NCBI RefSeq assembly: GCF_006345805.1
Contig: NC_042997.1
Coordinates: forward strand, 128,774,001-128,838,000
Reading direction: 5' to 3'
Source: Octopus sinensis
Lineage: Eukaryota
DNA: 64,000 nucleotides
Under the pieces are notes generated by a model. It had not been told where the DNA came from. It ran no database searches and saw only the letters and a list, made by a program, of their open reading frames with translations. Position numbers and translations under genes: made by a program. Of this stretch, positions 53,463 through 64,000 are shown piece after piece; within the stretch, counting starts at the first letter, position 1; each line of letters starts with the position of its first letter.

Positions 53463-54080
53463 CTAGAAATAGCAGCCAAATCTCCAAATCATATGATGCT
53501 GTCTTAAAAAAAGGAAGGACACATTGCATAGCTTAGTTCTAGATCATACTATGCTTGAAGAGAAGCTTGGATGATAACAGCTGGAATATGTTTGTTCATA
53601 TATCGAGTGGATAAGGACTAATCTACAGCTAAACAAAAATAACAAGGAAGAGCACATTGGCTAATATGGTTCTAGATATATCGTTTGAATAAAAGATGAG
53701 ATATTTTCAGCTGAAACACCTTTGATCATGCAACTGTTGGATTGGGACTGTGCAGAGGTTAAGCAACCACAATAATAACAACAGCAAGAGGAAAACTCAC
53801 ATTAACTAACCTAGTCCTATACACATTACAACTGAATAAAAGAATGGATGGTTGTGGTTGGAATAACTTTGACAATAGGTTTGTTGAACGGGGACTGATT
53901 TGGAACTAGATAACAACAACAGGAACAAAAGTCACGTTTATATATGATGTTATCATAGTATATAGAAGAAGCTATGTCTGGATAAAAGGTGGGATGGCCA
54001 CAGTTGGAATATCTTTGATCAGAGCCCTAATGGATCAGTATTGACCTGTGGTTAAACAACTACAACAACTACTACTACAA
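53463..54080 (+). repeat. Tandem array of four diverged ~135-bp copies of the (CAA)n-tailed repeat
   Basis: Units begin ~53517, 53650, 53794 and 53929. Each has CACATT..TAG(T/A)..TGAATAAAAG..GGATG..TGGAA..TTTGA..GGACTG..TAA(A)CAAC. Confidence 0.75.
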
Positions 54081-54284
54081 TAAATGTGTTAAGCACTCAG
54101 CTACTGTTATATTACAATGTTGAATGAAATCCCAGAATACCATTATGTGGTGCCATACTCTTTGATTTCCATTACAAGGTAAACAATTGAGATTTCCTCA
54201 TCACGAAAGCAGATTCTCTGGAATTAATTCTAAAACACTTTCGCTTTTACTTCTCACTTGTTTGCAGCTAGAATTGTTATATTG

Positions 54285-55025
54285 CAAAGTGGGTGTGTCT
54301 TTGTGTGTATAGATGTGTCTGTGGGCAGTTTTGTGGTTATGTTTATTATGTGGTTGTGCATTGATTCATGTATGTGTGTGATTCTGAGCTTGTGTAGATT
54401 GTTCATGTGAAGGGTTGTGCATGTGTGTATGTATGGTTGTGTGCACACATTTATGTAATTGTATGTGTAACTGTTTATGTGCACGTGTGTGCATGCGTGT
54501 AATTGAATGTGTATGTAGTTGTGTATTTAGAAATGTGTGTATATATGGATGAGTGTGTATGTGGTAATGTATTTGATTGTGCATATTTGAGTTGTGTGTA
54601 TGTTTATGTGTAGTAGTTGCACGTGCATGTGTTTATATGTGAGGGGTTGTATGTATGTGATTGTATGTGATTGCGTGTGTGTGTATGTATGGTTGTGTTT
54701 CTGTGTATGTGATTATGCGTATGTAGTTCTGTGTATCTTTGAGCAGGATTTTTTCAGTGTTTATGTATTTGTGCTCTTTGTCAGTGTTCATGTGAATTTC
54801 ATTGTTTTGTCTATGTTCGTGTGTGTGTGTGAATGTCTCTGTGCTCTGTTAGTGTTCATATGTATGTTCTGTCGGTGCTCTTGTGTGTGTGTGTGTTTAT
54901 GTGTTCTGCTAATTCTCATATGCATACGCGTTCTTGAATGTAAGTCTGTATGTGTGTATATCTACGTGCTCTGTAAGTGTTCATATTGTATGTGTATTCT
55001 GTCAGTGTTCATGTATGTGTGTCAC
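54285..55025. repeat. Degenerate (TG)-rich low-complexity tract
   Basis: Direct reading. It explains the Cys/Val-rich 151-aa ORF. Confidence 0.8.
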
Positions 55026-58000
55026 AATAAAATCTATGAATACCATTAGTTTCAGTGAAGAGATTTGTTAAGTTCCCATCACCAATAAAATCTCCAAGAA
55101 TGCAGCCATTCAGTTGTATTTTTACTGTATTATCTCATTTATAATCCACAAATTGTTCAACGTATCCCATATCTACAGTTACATTTTGTGACTATAGCAG
55201 ACAATTCCATGGCATCATCTGAGCACATCTCAACATGTTTTATTAATTTTTCGGAATTTTTTCCATCTAATTTGACTACAAACGAAGGAGAAAAAAATTG
55301 AATTGAACAAAAGCAAAAAAAAAAAACAAACAATAGTCACAACATCAATATAAAGTCAGGAGATTATTTGTTGGTCCCAGAATGTTTTATCAAATTCATG
55401 ATTCATAGGGTATAATAAGATCAGTGTTTAGCATCACTAAACATTCAACCAAGCGCGGTAGTTACATCTTCAAGTAAATAGATCTATCTTTGTAGCAATC
55501 TATATAAAACTATACAGTCATCATTTATTTATCGTACACACAACATACACCTAGACCAACAATATGGACAATTGCCAACATTGTCTACAAGAACTTTTGT
55601 TTTTTTATTATATTTCCCCCTTCACTAAAAAGAAATAATGACTTCAATAAGTGCCCTCCTCTTAAACATACACACATATGCACACCCAACAACTGATCCT
55701 TGTAAAATAAACACTTAACATACTCAAGATAGCTAATAATGATTTGTTTGCAAGACTAGAGACTAATACAGTATTCCCACAGTAATAGTTTAGAAAAGTA
55801 TGCTCTCAGTTAAGCCTGAAATACCATGGTTTGCATAGCGGTAAATTCTTAGGTTTCATAGCGTAAACAGTTATCAACAGAGCTTACATCATCACCAAAA
55901 ATAAGGCAGCAAGATGGCATAAATGTAAGCAGCATTTCTGGCTCTTTGCATTCTGAGTTCAAACTCCACCAAAGTCAGCTTTACTTTTTATCCTTTCAGG
56001 AATGATGAAATAAATACCATTCAAGCACTGGGGTCAATGTAATCAACTTAGCCATTCCTCCTAAGACCATGGGCTTGTGCCAACATTTGAAATCATTATC
56101 ATCACCAATAATAACAGCAATGATCTGACTTGAAGCTGTCAAAATAGTACCAAAATCATAAAACTGTGTTTGGATGATCTAACACATTCTAAAATATTCA
56201 TTAGCAATAGTTGTTCCATCTGCTAGAAATAGCTGTCAGATCTTTCTCAAATCTTAAGAAAGGAAGATCACCTTAGATAATGCAGTCCCATATCTAAAGT
56301 GAAAACAAATGATGTACTAATGGCAGGAACTTCTTTGATTATGTGACTGTTCAGTCAGGACTGACCTGGTCTCAACATCATCATTCAGTACTACTTAGTT
56401 CTTGTTTGACTTTGAGGACCTGTTTTGAAGCATATGACACATGATGTGCCATAATTACCAGCACTTTAATAACACTTAGAACAGTTCTAATGCCTCTTAA
56501 TAGCAATTACTGGCCAAACATCTAAAGAAATCTAAACTTTAGATATAAGCTATTTAACAATCTCATAATGACTGCAACTTTTGAAGTTTTCACTTCATTA
56601 CGATTTCCAATCATTTCTTTATCATGATTCTCAATCATTTTTCACTCAAAACAAATAATGAAGCTTAATTGTGAGATTGATTTTATTGCAATGATATCTA
56701 AGAAAATAGCATTTAAGCTTTTATAATTGCAAATTTTGAGGTCAAATTAGGCTCAATAATAAAATAAATAGACAGCAGAATTGTCATTAACATATGAGAA
56801 ATATATTTTTGATCCTTTATCTGACTACCTTAACTTCTTAAAATGATTTTTAATGGTTTTGCCTCCTTTGTTCCATAATATTATAGATTGTATAGATCTT
56901 CTGACTGAGATAGTTGTTTGAATTTTTAGACCAAGAGTATTTTCACAATTCACTGCCTTTTCTAACATTAATCATTCAACTGTGTAGCTGATGTATTGCC
57001 TATTTTCAGCTAAGTAAAATAGGCAAATAATGTACTGTGCTTTCAAGCCTAAATTTCCTTTTGTGTCTGTATATGCATGTGTGTATATATTCCTGTGATA
57101 GAAGAAAACTATATAGCCTCCAACTATAGCTAAACCTATTTTCTCATTGCTTAATACGGTACATTGAGGCTGCAAAGTTTTTCTTTTAGATTCTTTATAC
57201 ATATTCCTCTTTGAGTTCATCGCTGATATTTCCTCAAATAGTTATTTGATGGGCTTCATATTTTGTAGGAATTATTTTCTTTTTTATCTCTTTCTATATA
57301 TGGAAACCTTTACCATATACAGAATCTTAACAATATTTCTGAAGAACTCATGGTTGCATGGTTAAGACGATCTCTTCGTGTTTATGGAGTTCCAGGTTTG
57401 ATACCACTGCATGGAACCTTGGGAAAGTATCTTCTACCAGTGCTTTGAGTTGATCAATGCCTTGCAACTATAATTTCACGAATAGAACCTCTGTGTGTGT
57501 ATGTGTGTGTGTAAATATATGTACATACATGCATACACACAAAGCATGTATTTCTGTATGTATGAATATATGTGTGTGTCTGTGTATTTTTCACCAAAAT
57601 ATATTGAAGGAAGATGTGAATATCACTGAGAAAAACCAATAAACCGGTACTTTTAGACATAAATAACTTACAGTATTTGTTCTGCCCGAGTTGCACAGGT
57701 TCTCCATTATCATACACACCATCAAAACTGCAGTGAACCAGTGACTGGTTCACTGGAAACCTGTAACCAGTGACACTATTGTTCACAAAATGAACAGCAG
57801 CATCATTGAGAATTGCAGTAAAGGTTATACCTCACTACCGTGTTGAAGCTGACATATACAGAAAAATATTCATAAAGTAAAAGGAACACACATAGGCAAT
57901 TATTTGGCCCTTCTGTTCATCTGAGTCTTAAATGAAGATAACAATTATCTCTACCATTTAACAATGGGTCACTGTCCTTAATAGGTTTTTCAGTAAATCA

Positions 58001-58815
58001 CAAGTATATCGTTCTTGTTGGTCGATACTAGGGTTGGCTCAAAAGCTATAAAATTCAAATGAAAATTGAACTGAGAAGATAAAAAAGAAATATGTAAAAA
58101 TTATCCTTGTAGATAACCATTTTAGACCCTCAAGTTTATATTGTACCTAAGTCTACACACACACACACATACACACTGTATATATGCATATATGCACACT
58201 ATCTGTTCTTACATTTGCCTTCATTAAATGGCTATTATATATACACATACACACACATACAAATATTCATGTGTGTGTGTGTGTGTTACTGTCTCCTTGT
58301 CTTTATTTTGTGTGATAGTTGTAAACTAGTGTGACTGTCATGCAAGCAGTGCTATCTATGAAACCATGTCTGATCATGGGAAGATATTATCTTACTTGAA
58401 AGTGGGGGTTGATGACAGGAAGGGCTTCCAGCTGTAGGAAATCCACTTATATAAATTTCATCTAACCCATATGAATATGGGAAAGTGGAGGTTAAGACAG
58501 TGATGATGATATCTTTTGTCTTTTACTTGTTTCAGTCATTGGACTTAAGCCATACTGGGGCACCATCTTGAAGGGGTTTAGATGATTTTTTTAAAGCCTG
58601 GTACATATTCTCTTGGTCACTTATGCAGACCTACTAAGTTACGGGTAAATGTAAACAAACACAGTGATAGGAGAGCAACACAAGGATACACATGTGTATG
58701 TGTATATATATATATAATGTACTGTTCAGTCAGTGATAGAAAATTCAACAAAAAAGTTCTCCATCTAGTGAGAGATAAATATTATTTATTTAAAGGGCAC
58801 AATACATGTCTTTAA

Positions 58816-58870
58816 GTGCTACTAATAGTTTCATATGTTGAGAAATATCTCAAACATATTCATCAAGCAC
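58816..58870 (-). ncRNA. Minimal type-I hammerhead ribozyme motif (Penelope-associated, C3U variant)
   Basis: Minus strand: GTGC-TTGATGA-ATATGTTTGAGA-TATT-TCTCAACATAT-GAAA-CTATTAG-TA-GCAC. This gives stem I, core UUGAUGA, an 11-bp stem II with one bulge, GAAA, a short near-palindromic stem III, the UH site and the stem I partner. It lies ~250 nt downstream of a GIY-YIG ORF on the same strand. Confidence 0.75.
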
Positions 58871-59123
58871 AAACCACTTATGATAACGAACTAAAAAAAT
58901 TTAATAAGAGAAGAAATCCAAAAGAAACTGAGAAGGTAGAATATAGAAAACACAGATGATTAAAAAATGGAAAACAAAAACACAAAAACTAAAATGTAAA
59001 AAGTAAGGGATAAAAGAGTTATTCTCCTTAGACCTTAAATTATAAGGTTGGAGAGATATCAACAAGTTAATTAGGAATAGGCAGAATTTTACAATTCTTC
59101 AAAATATATTTATACATATGTTT

Positions 59124-59660
59124 TCATCTGCTAAAAATTTCAGACCTAGATTTCAGTAAAGAGTTAAGGAACTTAGATCTGAACAGGATCTGTGCTCTTT
59201 CACCTAAACAAAGCCTACTTTTATTTGATCTATTAATATAAGGTATGGATTTCTCAATTATTTTCCACTTAATCACATGTGGTGTTTTGTTATCTTTCAA
59301 ACTCCATACATAGCTAGCCAACTTAGTAGCTTTGCTTTTGTCCTTATGTCAGAAGGAAGCTATGCGATTGGCACAGTGATTTTTAAATTCTCCTTCACAT
59401 AATCCGAAATAGGTCTTCTTATCTGTTGTATTATTATTTAGGGTTGCAGTAACTTCTGCCTCGTATATGATAGATTTAATCATACTTTGTTTGCCAAGTG
59501 GACAGAATCCTGAATTGCAACAGTTACAACTGAATTTAGGTTCTTGGTATTGACTACATGTATTGATACTCTTCATATTGGGGCAACAACTATATGATAA
59601 TTTCACAGAATGCTTATTAGATATTTTCCTGTATCTGAGAGTTGTTGGAAAGGGATTGTC
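59124..59660 (-). mobile_element. Penelope-like element (Neptune-type) GIY-YIG endonuclease remnant
   Basis: KISNKHSVKLSYSCCPNM..CNCCNSGFCPLG..SIIYEAEV..YFGLCEGEFKNHCANRIASF*HKDKSKATKLASYVWSLKD..IKWKII..RLCLGERAQI..LKSRSEIFSR. The two track ORFs join in frame across one stop and show the Cys-rich linker plus GIY-YIG pattern of PLEs. Confidence 0.88.
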
Positions 59661-61764
59661 TAGGAGAGACAGGAATATTAAGGGAAAAGGGAGGAGCAAA
59701 CCAAAATAATTTTATTTTTAAGCCACTAGCGTCCAACTCATGCTAGCATGGAAAGCGGACGTTAAACGATGATGATTTGCACATGTGTGTGTGTGTGTGT
59801 GTGTAAATATATATGTACTTTTATTAAAGCTGCAAAATCATCACAAGACTATTACTCATAGTTTCATGTTCCTGTTTGGCAGACAGTTGTGATGAAAACT
59901 ATATCTATATATGTGTGCGTGTGTGTGTAAGCATTTATATATACATACATATGTGCATGCACATGCACACACACATACATACACACACAAATTATGTAAA
60001 ATACAGTTAACTAACAGAAAATAAAGTTTGTATCTTTGTTCAGTATCATGCTGGCAAATATATTTGTACCTTATTATTACTGTCACCATCTAAGGCAGCG
60101 AGGTGGCAGAATCATTAAACCGATTTCCAGCTGACATTGTAATTCTTTTAAATTCTATTCTTTTATTTGATTCTACCACTAGTAAATTATGGTTCCTATA
60201 AAATAATAAATATATAAATAAAAACAAAGTGGGATGGTCTCAGCTGGAATACTTTTAATTCATGGATCAAAGCTAACCCTGGATTCATTTTGTTCATTTT
60301 ATGAAGCTTATCATAAAGTAAATTCCATGGATCTCTTCTCGTGCTTGTAGAAGCCTATTTCTATGAGAATGAAGTCCACTTCTCTTTGCACTGATCATTA
60401 CTGTTCATTATATGAATTTACAAAATAGACTACTGTTAGCAGTTTTGGCCATTTAAAGTTCAATTATGTAAGCTGTGCATCATTAACTGATTTGACAAAA
60501 CTACACCCACTTATAGCAATGAGGCTATTTGTTGTGTTGTTTTAAAACGTAAACACCTGGTGAGCTGTTGTTAAGAGATAAACAAATACTAGACATTTTT
60601 GTGAATTCCATCAGAGAATTCTCAGAGGACACATAGTGTGTGTACTCCTCTTTTTTCTTTTTTTTTTTATGACCCTGCAGCAAGAATCATTGATTGAGTA
60701 ACATTTAAGCTCTTCCTTACACAAGACCACTTGCTGCCAACTATAACTAAACCAGCTTCCATTGCTTAATACAATGATATTGAAGGAGAGAGATCTTCAT
60801 TCAAATTCCATACTTATTCATCTTATTCTTCTAGTTCATTACTGCTATTTTCTCAAATCTGCTATAGTCTGTGTGTGTGTGTGTGGTGTGTGTGTGCACG
60901 TGTGTGCATGCACATGTGAATGTGTACCTGTATGTGTATAGATATCTGTTTCTGTATCAGTCTATTGTTTTTGCTTGTGTGTACATATTTGTAGGTGCAC
61001 ACATGTTTGTATGTGTATATGTGTGTGTGTGTGACATTTTGTTGTCCAATCTCAGTGCATCTGTGTGTGTAGCTGAATAAATGTACCTGTGTGTGTGTAT
61101 AAGTGTGTGTTTGTCTCTATGTTGGGATAAAGTGAGAGCAATAATATATGGTTGTTAAATCCAATTTTCCTCTTTCTCTACTATCCTGTAGTTGACAATA
61201 ACAACAGAAAGTAAATCTAGTTCCTATCACAGATCACATTAAACATAGCAGATAGAAAAGAACACAGCTTATCTATAACCAATCCTTCTGCATTCTTATT
61301 AGATTCCTGCTACTTTCAAGTGTCGATTGTTTCAACTGATAATTGAGAACAAGATGTCATGTTATCAGTAAATGTGCAATTGGCTATTTTCTGAAATGAC
61401 AATACGCTGTACAGCACTTTATCCTAATGTGCTCTACAGAGTATTGTCACTTCAGAAAATTTCTGCACAAGTTCCCTTCCCTCTTCTTTTCAGCCACCTA
61501 CTTCTCCATTCAATTTCTTGTTTGCCTATGCTATCTCTATGCTTGATTATCAGTTCTTATACCCTTATATGGTTTCTCTGACATGGACACCTTCTTCGTG
61601 CAGCATCATCATCCATTGTCATCAATGTCTTCATCATCATCACCACTGACAGGGATGCTCTCTGGTGTCCAACATAAAACTTAAACTTTCCAATGAAAAT
61701 GTCTTAGGTTCTAGTGAAAAGTTATTTCAACAGAGTTATTAGCTGAGATTTTTAATAAATATCA

Positions 61765-62390
61765 TAGCAGTAGCCTACCATCATCACCAATACTACTGTC
61801 ACCACCACCACCACCACCATAAATGCCATCATCATCATCAAACACTATCATTGTCACCACCATTGCTATCACCAACATTACCACCATCACTATTGCCACT
61901 ACTCTTATCACCATGACTACTGACACCAACACCAATGTTATTGTTCTCACAAGTCTCGGTTGCTGAGCCTGTTAAAAATAGCAGCCAAACTCCCTCAAAT
62001 AGCAATCCATTGTCTCAGGAAAGGGAGAAGTCTATTGCATAATATCCTTAAAATGACAGGATGGTCATGACTGGAATGCCTTTGATCATACAACTTTCCA
62101 ATCAGGGTTAATCTGAGGCTTAATATCATCATCATCATCACTTCTACCATCTCCACTAGTTTTACCACTACCATCATCACCACTTTCACTAGAACTATCA
62201 TCTCCATTATTATCATTACTATTGCCAGCACTACTATCACCTAACAGCTACTACTACCACTATTACCATCAACATTATCATCATCACCACCACTATCATC
62301 AACACCATTCCACCAGTGTCCTTGCCACTATCACTACTATTATCACCGCTACCGTCAATACTATTATCATTATCATCATCACTACTACAG
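61765..62390. repeat. Degenerate (CAT/CAC)n low-complexity tracts interrupted by a (CAA)-tailed repeat copy
   Basis: Direct reading. The interspersed copy is at ~61970-62124. Confidence 0.8.
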
Positions 62391-63445
62391 TTGCCTGATC
62401 TGTCTGTCCTGTCAGCATCAAATGACTGTCTCAACATTAGTGAACGGTAGTCTATCTTTCCAGTCAACCTTTATGGGCTGTGTCTATTTAAACAAATTTG
62501 TCTATTTGTGTACCCAGTCAACAGTAATAGACTGTCAGTTTGTTTATCTAACTAATCAACATCAATGGACCCGACCTGGCTATATATCTGTTTACTTAGC
62601 ACCATTAGACTGTCTCTTTCTATCTAACTAGTTATTTCTATATATCTATCAAGTCAATATCAGTGGACTATCTATCTGTCTGGCTTCTTATCTACCTACA
62701 TTCTTCTTGTTTATTTATCTGTCAGTCTGTCAGTCAATCTGTCTATCCATCTATCCAATCATCACCATTGGACGTTGTTTATCTGTTTGTCTCTCTATCT
62801 AATCAACATCAATCACCTGTATCAAATAAACAGGATTGGTTAGATGTAAACTGTGTTCTTTTCTATTTGCTACATTTAATATGATCTGTGACAGGAACTA
62901 GATTTACTCTGTTGTTATTGTCAACTACAGGACAGTATAGAGAGAAGAAAATTGGATTTAACAACCATATATTATTATTTTCACTTTATCAGATGCACTC
63001 ACACAAGCATAGCATATATCATCCACACACACATGCTAACACATACACAAATACAAATGCACATAGAAGCATATGAACATCAGCATAAGAAAATGGTTAA
63101 ATTGTTTGTTTGGCAACCATGTGGTTTCAGGTTCAACCCCACTGTATGACATCTTGGACAAATGTTTTCTACCATGACATCATGATGAGCAATGTCTTGT
63201 GAGTGTAATTTGGTAGATAGAAAGTGTGCAGAAACCTGTCATTTAAATTCATATGCATGTGCAAATTTACATATATACAGATATCAAAAGTTGACAGTTT
63301 ATTCTGAGTGTTGTTCTTCGGCGTTTGATTTATCTGTTTTTCTTTCCGTCCAGCCATCCATTCTTTCACCATGAGTGGGCTATTTGTCTCTGTCAGTAGT
63401 GAACAGCCAAGAGTGAAACTCAGAGTTAACTGTCAACTTCTGATA

Positions 63446-63843
63446 GGCATGGTTGTGTAGCTGAGAAGTTTAGTTCCTAGCTGCTTGGATTCAGGTTCAG
63501 TCTAACTGCACAGTACTTTGTCAAAGTTTCTTCAGCTAAAGTCTTGAGCCAACCGAAGTCTCATGACTGAATTTGAGAGATGATAACTGAGAGAATCCTG
63601 CCCCATGCGCAGGTGTGTGTGTGCTTGTCTTCTTATTGTATGATGGTTGCAAACAAGCATCACTGTCACTCAAGCAGCATCGTTAATTTCTAACCATCCA
63701 TGAAAACATGTCCAGCCATTAGAGAATATTACTTTGCTTGGAAACAGGTGAGGATTAGTAACAAGAAGGGAATCCAGCTGCCTTAAAAAATTCTATCTGA
63801 CCCATGCAAGCATGGAAAAGTAGCCATTAAAGCAATGACGATG
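63446..63843 (+). mobile_element. tRNA-headed SINE with RTE-like tail (type B)
   Basis: GGCATGGTTGTGTAGCTGAGAAG..GGTTCAGTC head, and a tail AAGAAGGGAATCCAGCTG..ACCCATGCAAGCATGGAAAAGTAG..ATGACGATG, collinear with 46613-47050. Confidence 0.7.
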
Positions 63844-64000
63844 GTGTTGTGATGTGTGTGTGTGTGTGCATATGTCTGTGTTTGTTTACATCTGCAATTT
63901 TTTGTACAAAAGTGTGGTGGGGATGTTGTTTTCAGTTTCTCCTATCAATAATTATCCAGGCATTGCATGCCTTCAAAGCCATGTGGACCAAGTGATGATC

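Noticed and set aside
55030-55280. Possible hAT transposase trace (VEMCSDDAMEL on the minus strand)
   Set aside because: It is a single weak motif without supporting neighbours.

Overview
AT-rich, CpG-depleted, microsatellite-dense eukaryotic DNA. The repeat repertoire (tRNA-headed SINEs, RTE and R4/Dong-like LINE remnants, a Penelope-like element, very long (TA)n tracts) suggests a coleoid cephalopod, probably an octopus; this is inference only. I can support a single protein-coding exon: 34978-35149 (+), a 172-nt internal exon encoding YWTD beta-propeller blades of an LDL-receptor-family (LRP4/LRP5/6-like) protein. The rest appears to be two very large introns filled with decayed transposons, SINEs and satellites, and nearly all ORFs in the supplied track are microsatellite or low-complexity artefacts. 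The most notable observations are: a minimal type-I hammerhead ribozyme fold with a C3U core variant (58816-58870, -) just downstream of a Penelope-like GIY-YIG ORF; a recurrent set of short templated inverted duplications, one bracketing a SINE tail fragment; SINE-LINE tail sharing; inverted SINE pairs that could form dsRNA; an AP-1-motif minisatellite; and two candidate regulatory islands. No CRISPR, rRNA or true tRNA gene was seen. Boundaries of decayed repeats are approximate and were read by eye. I found no convincing wholly new multi-gene system.
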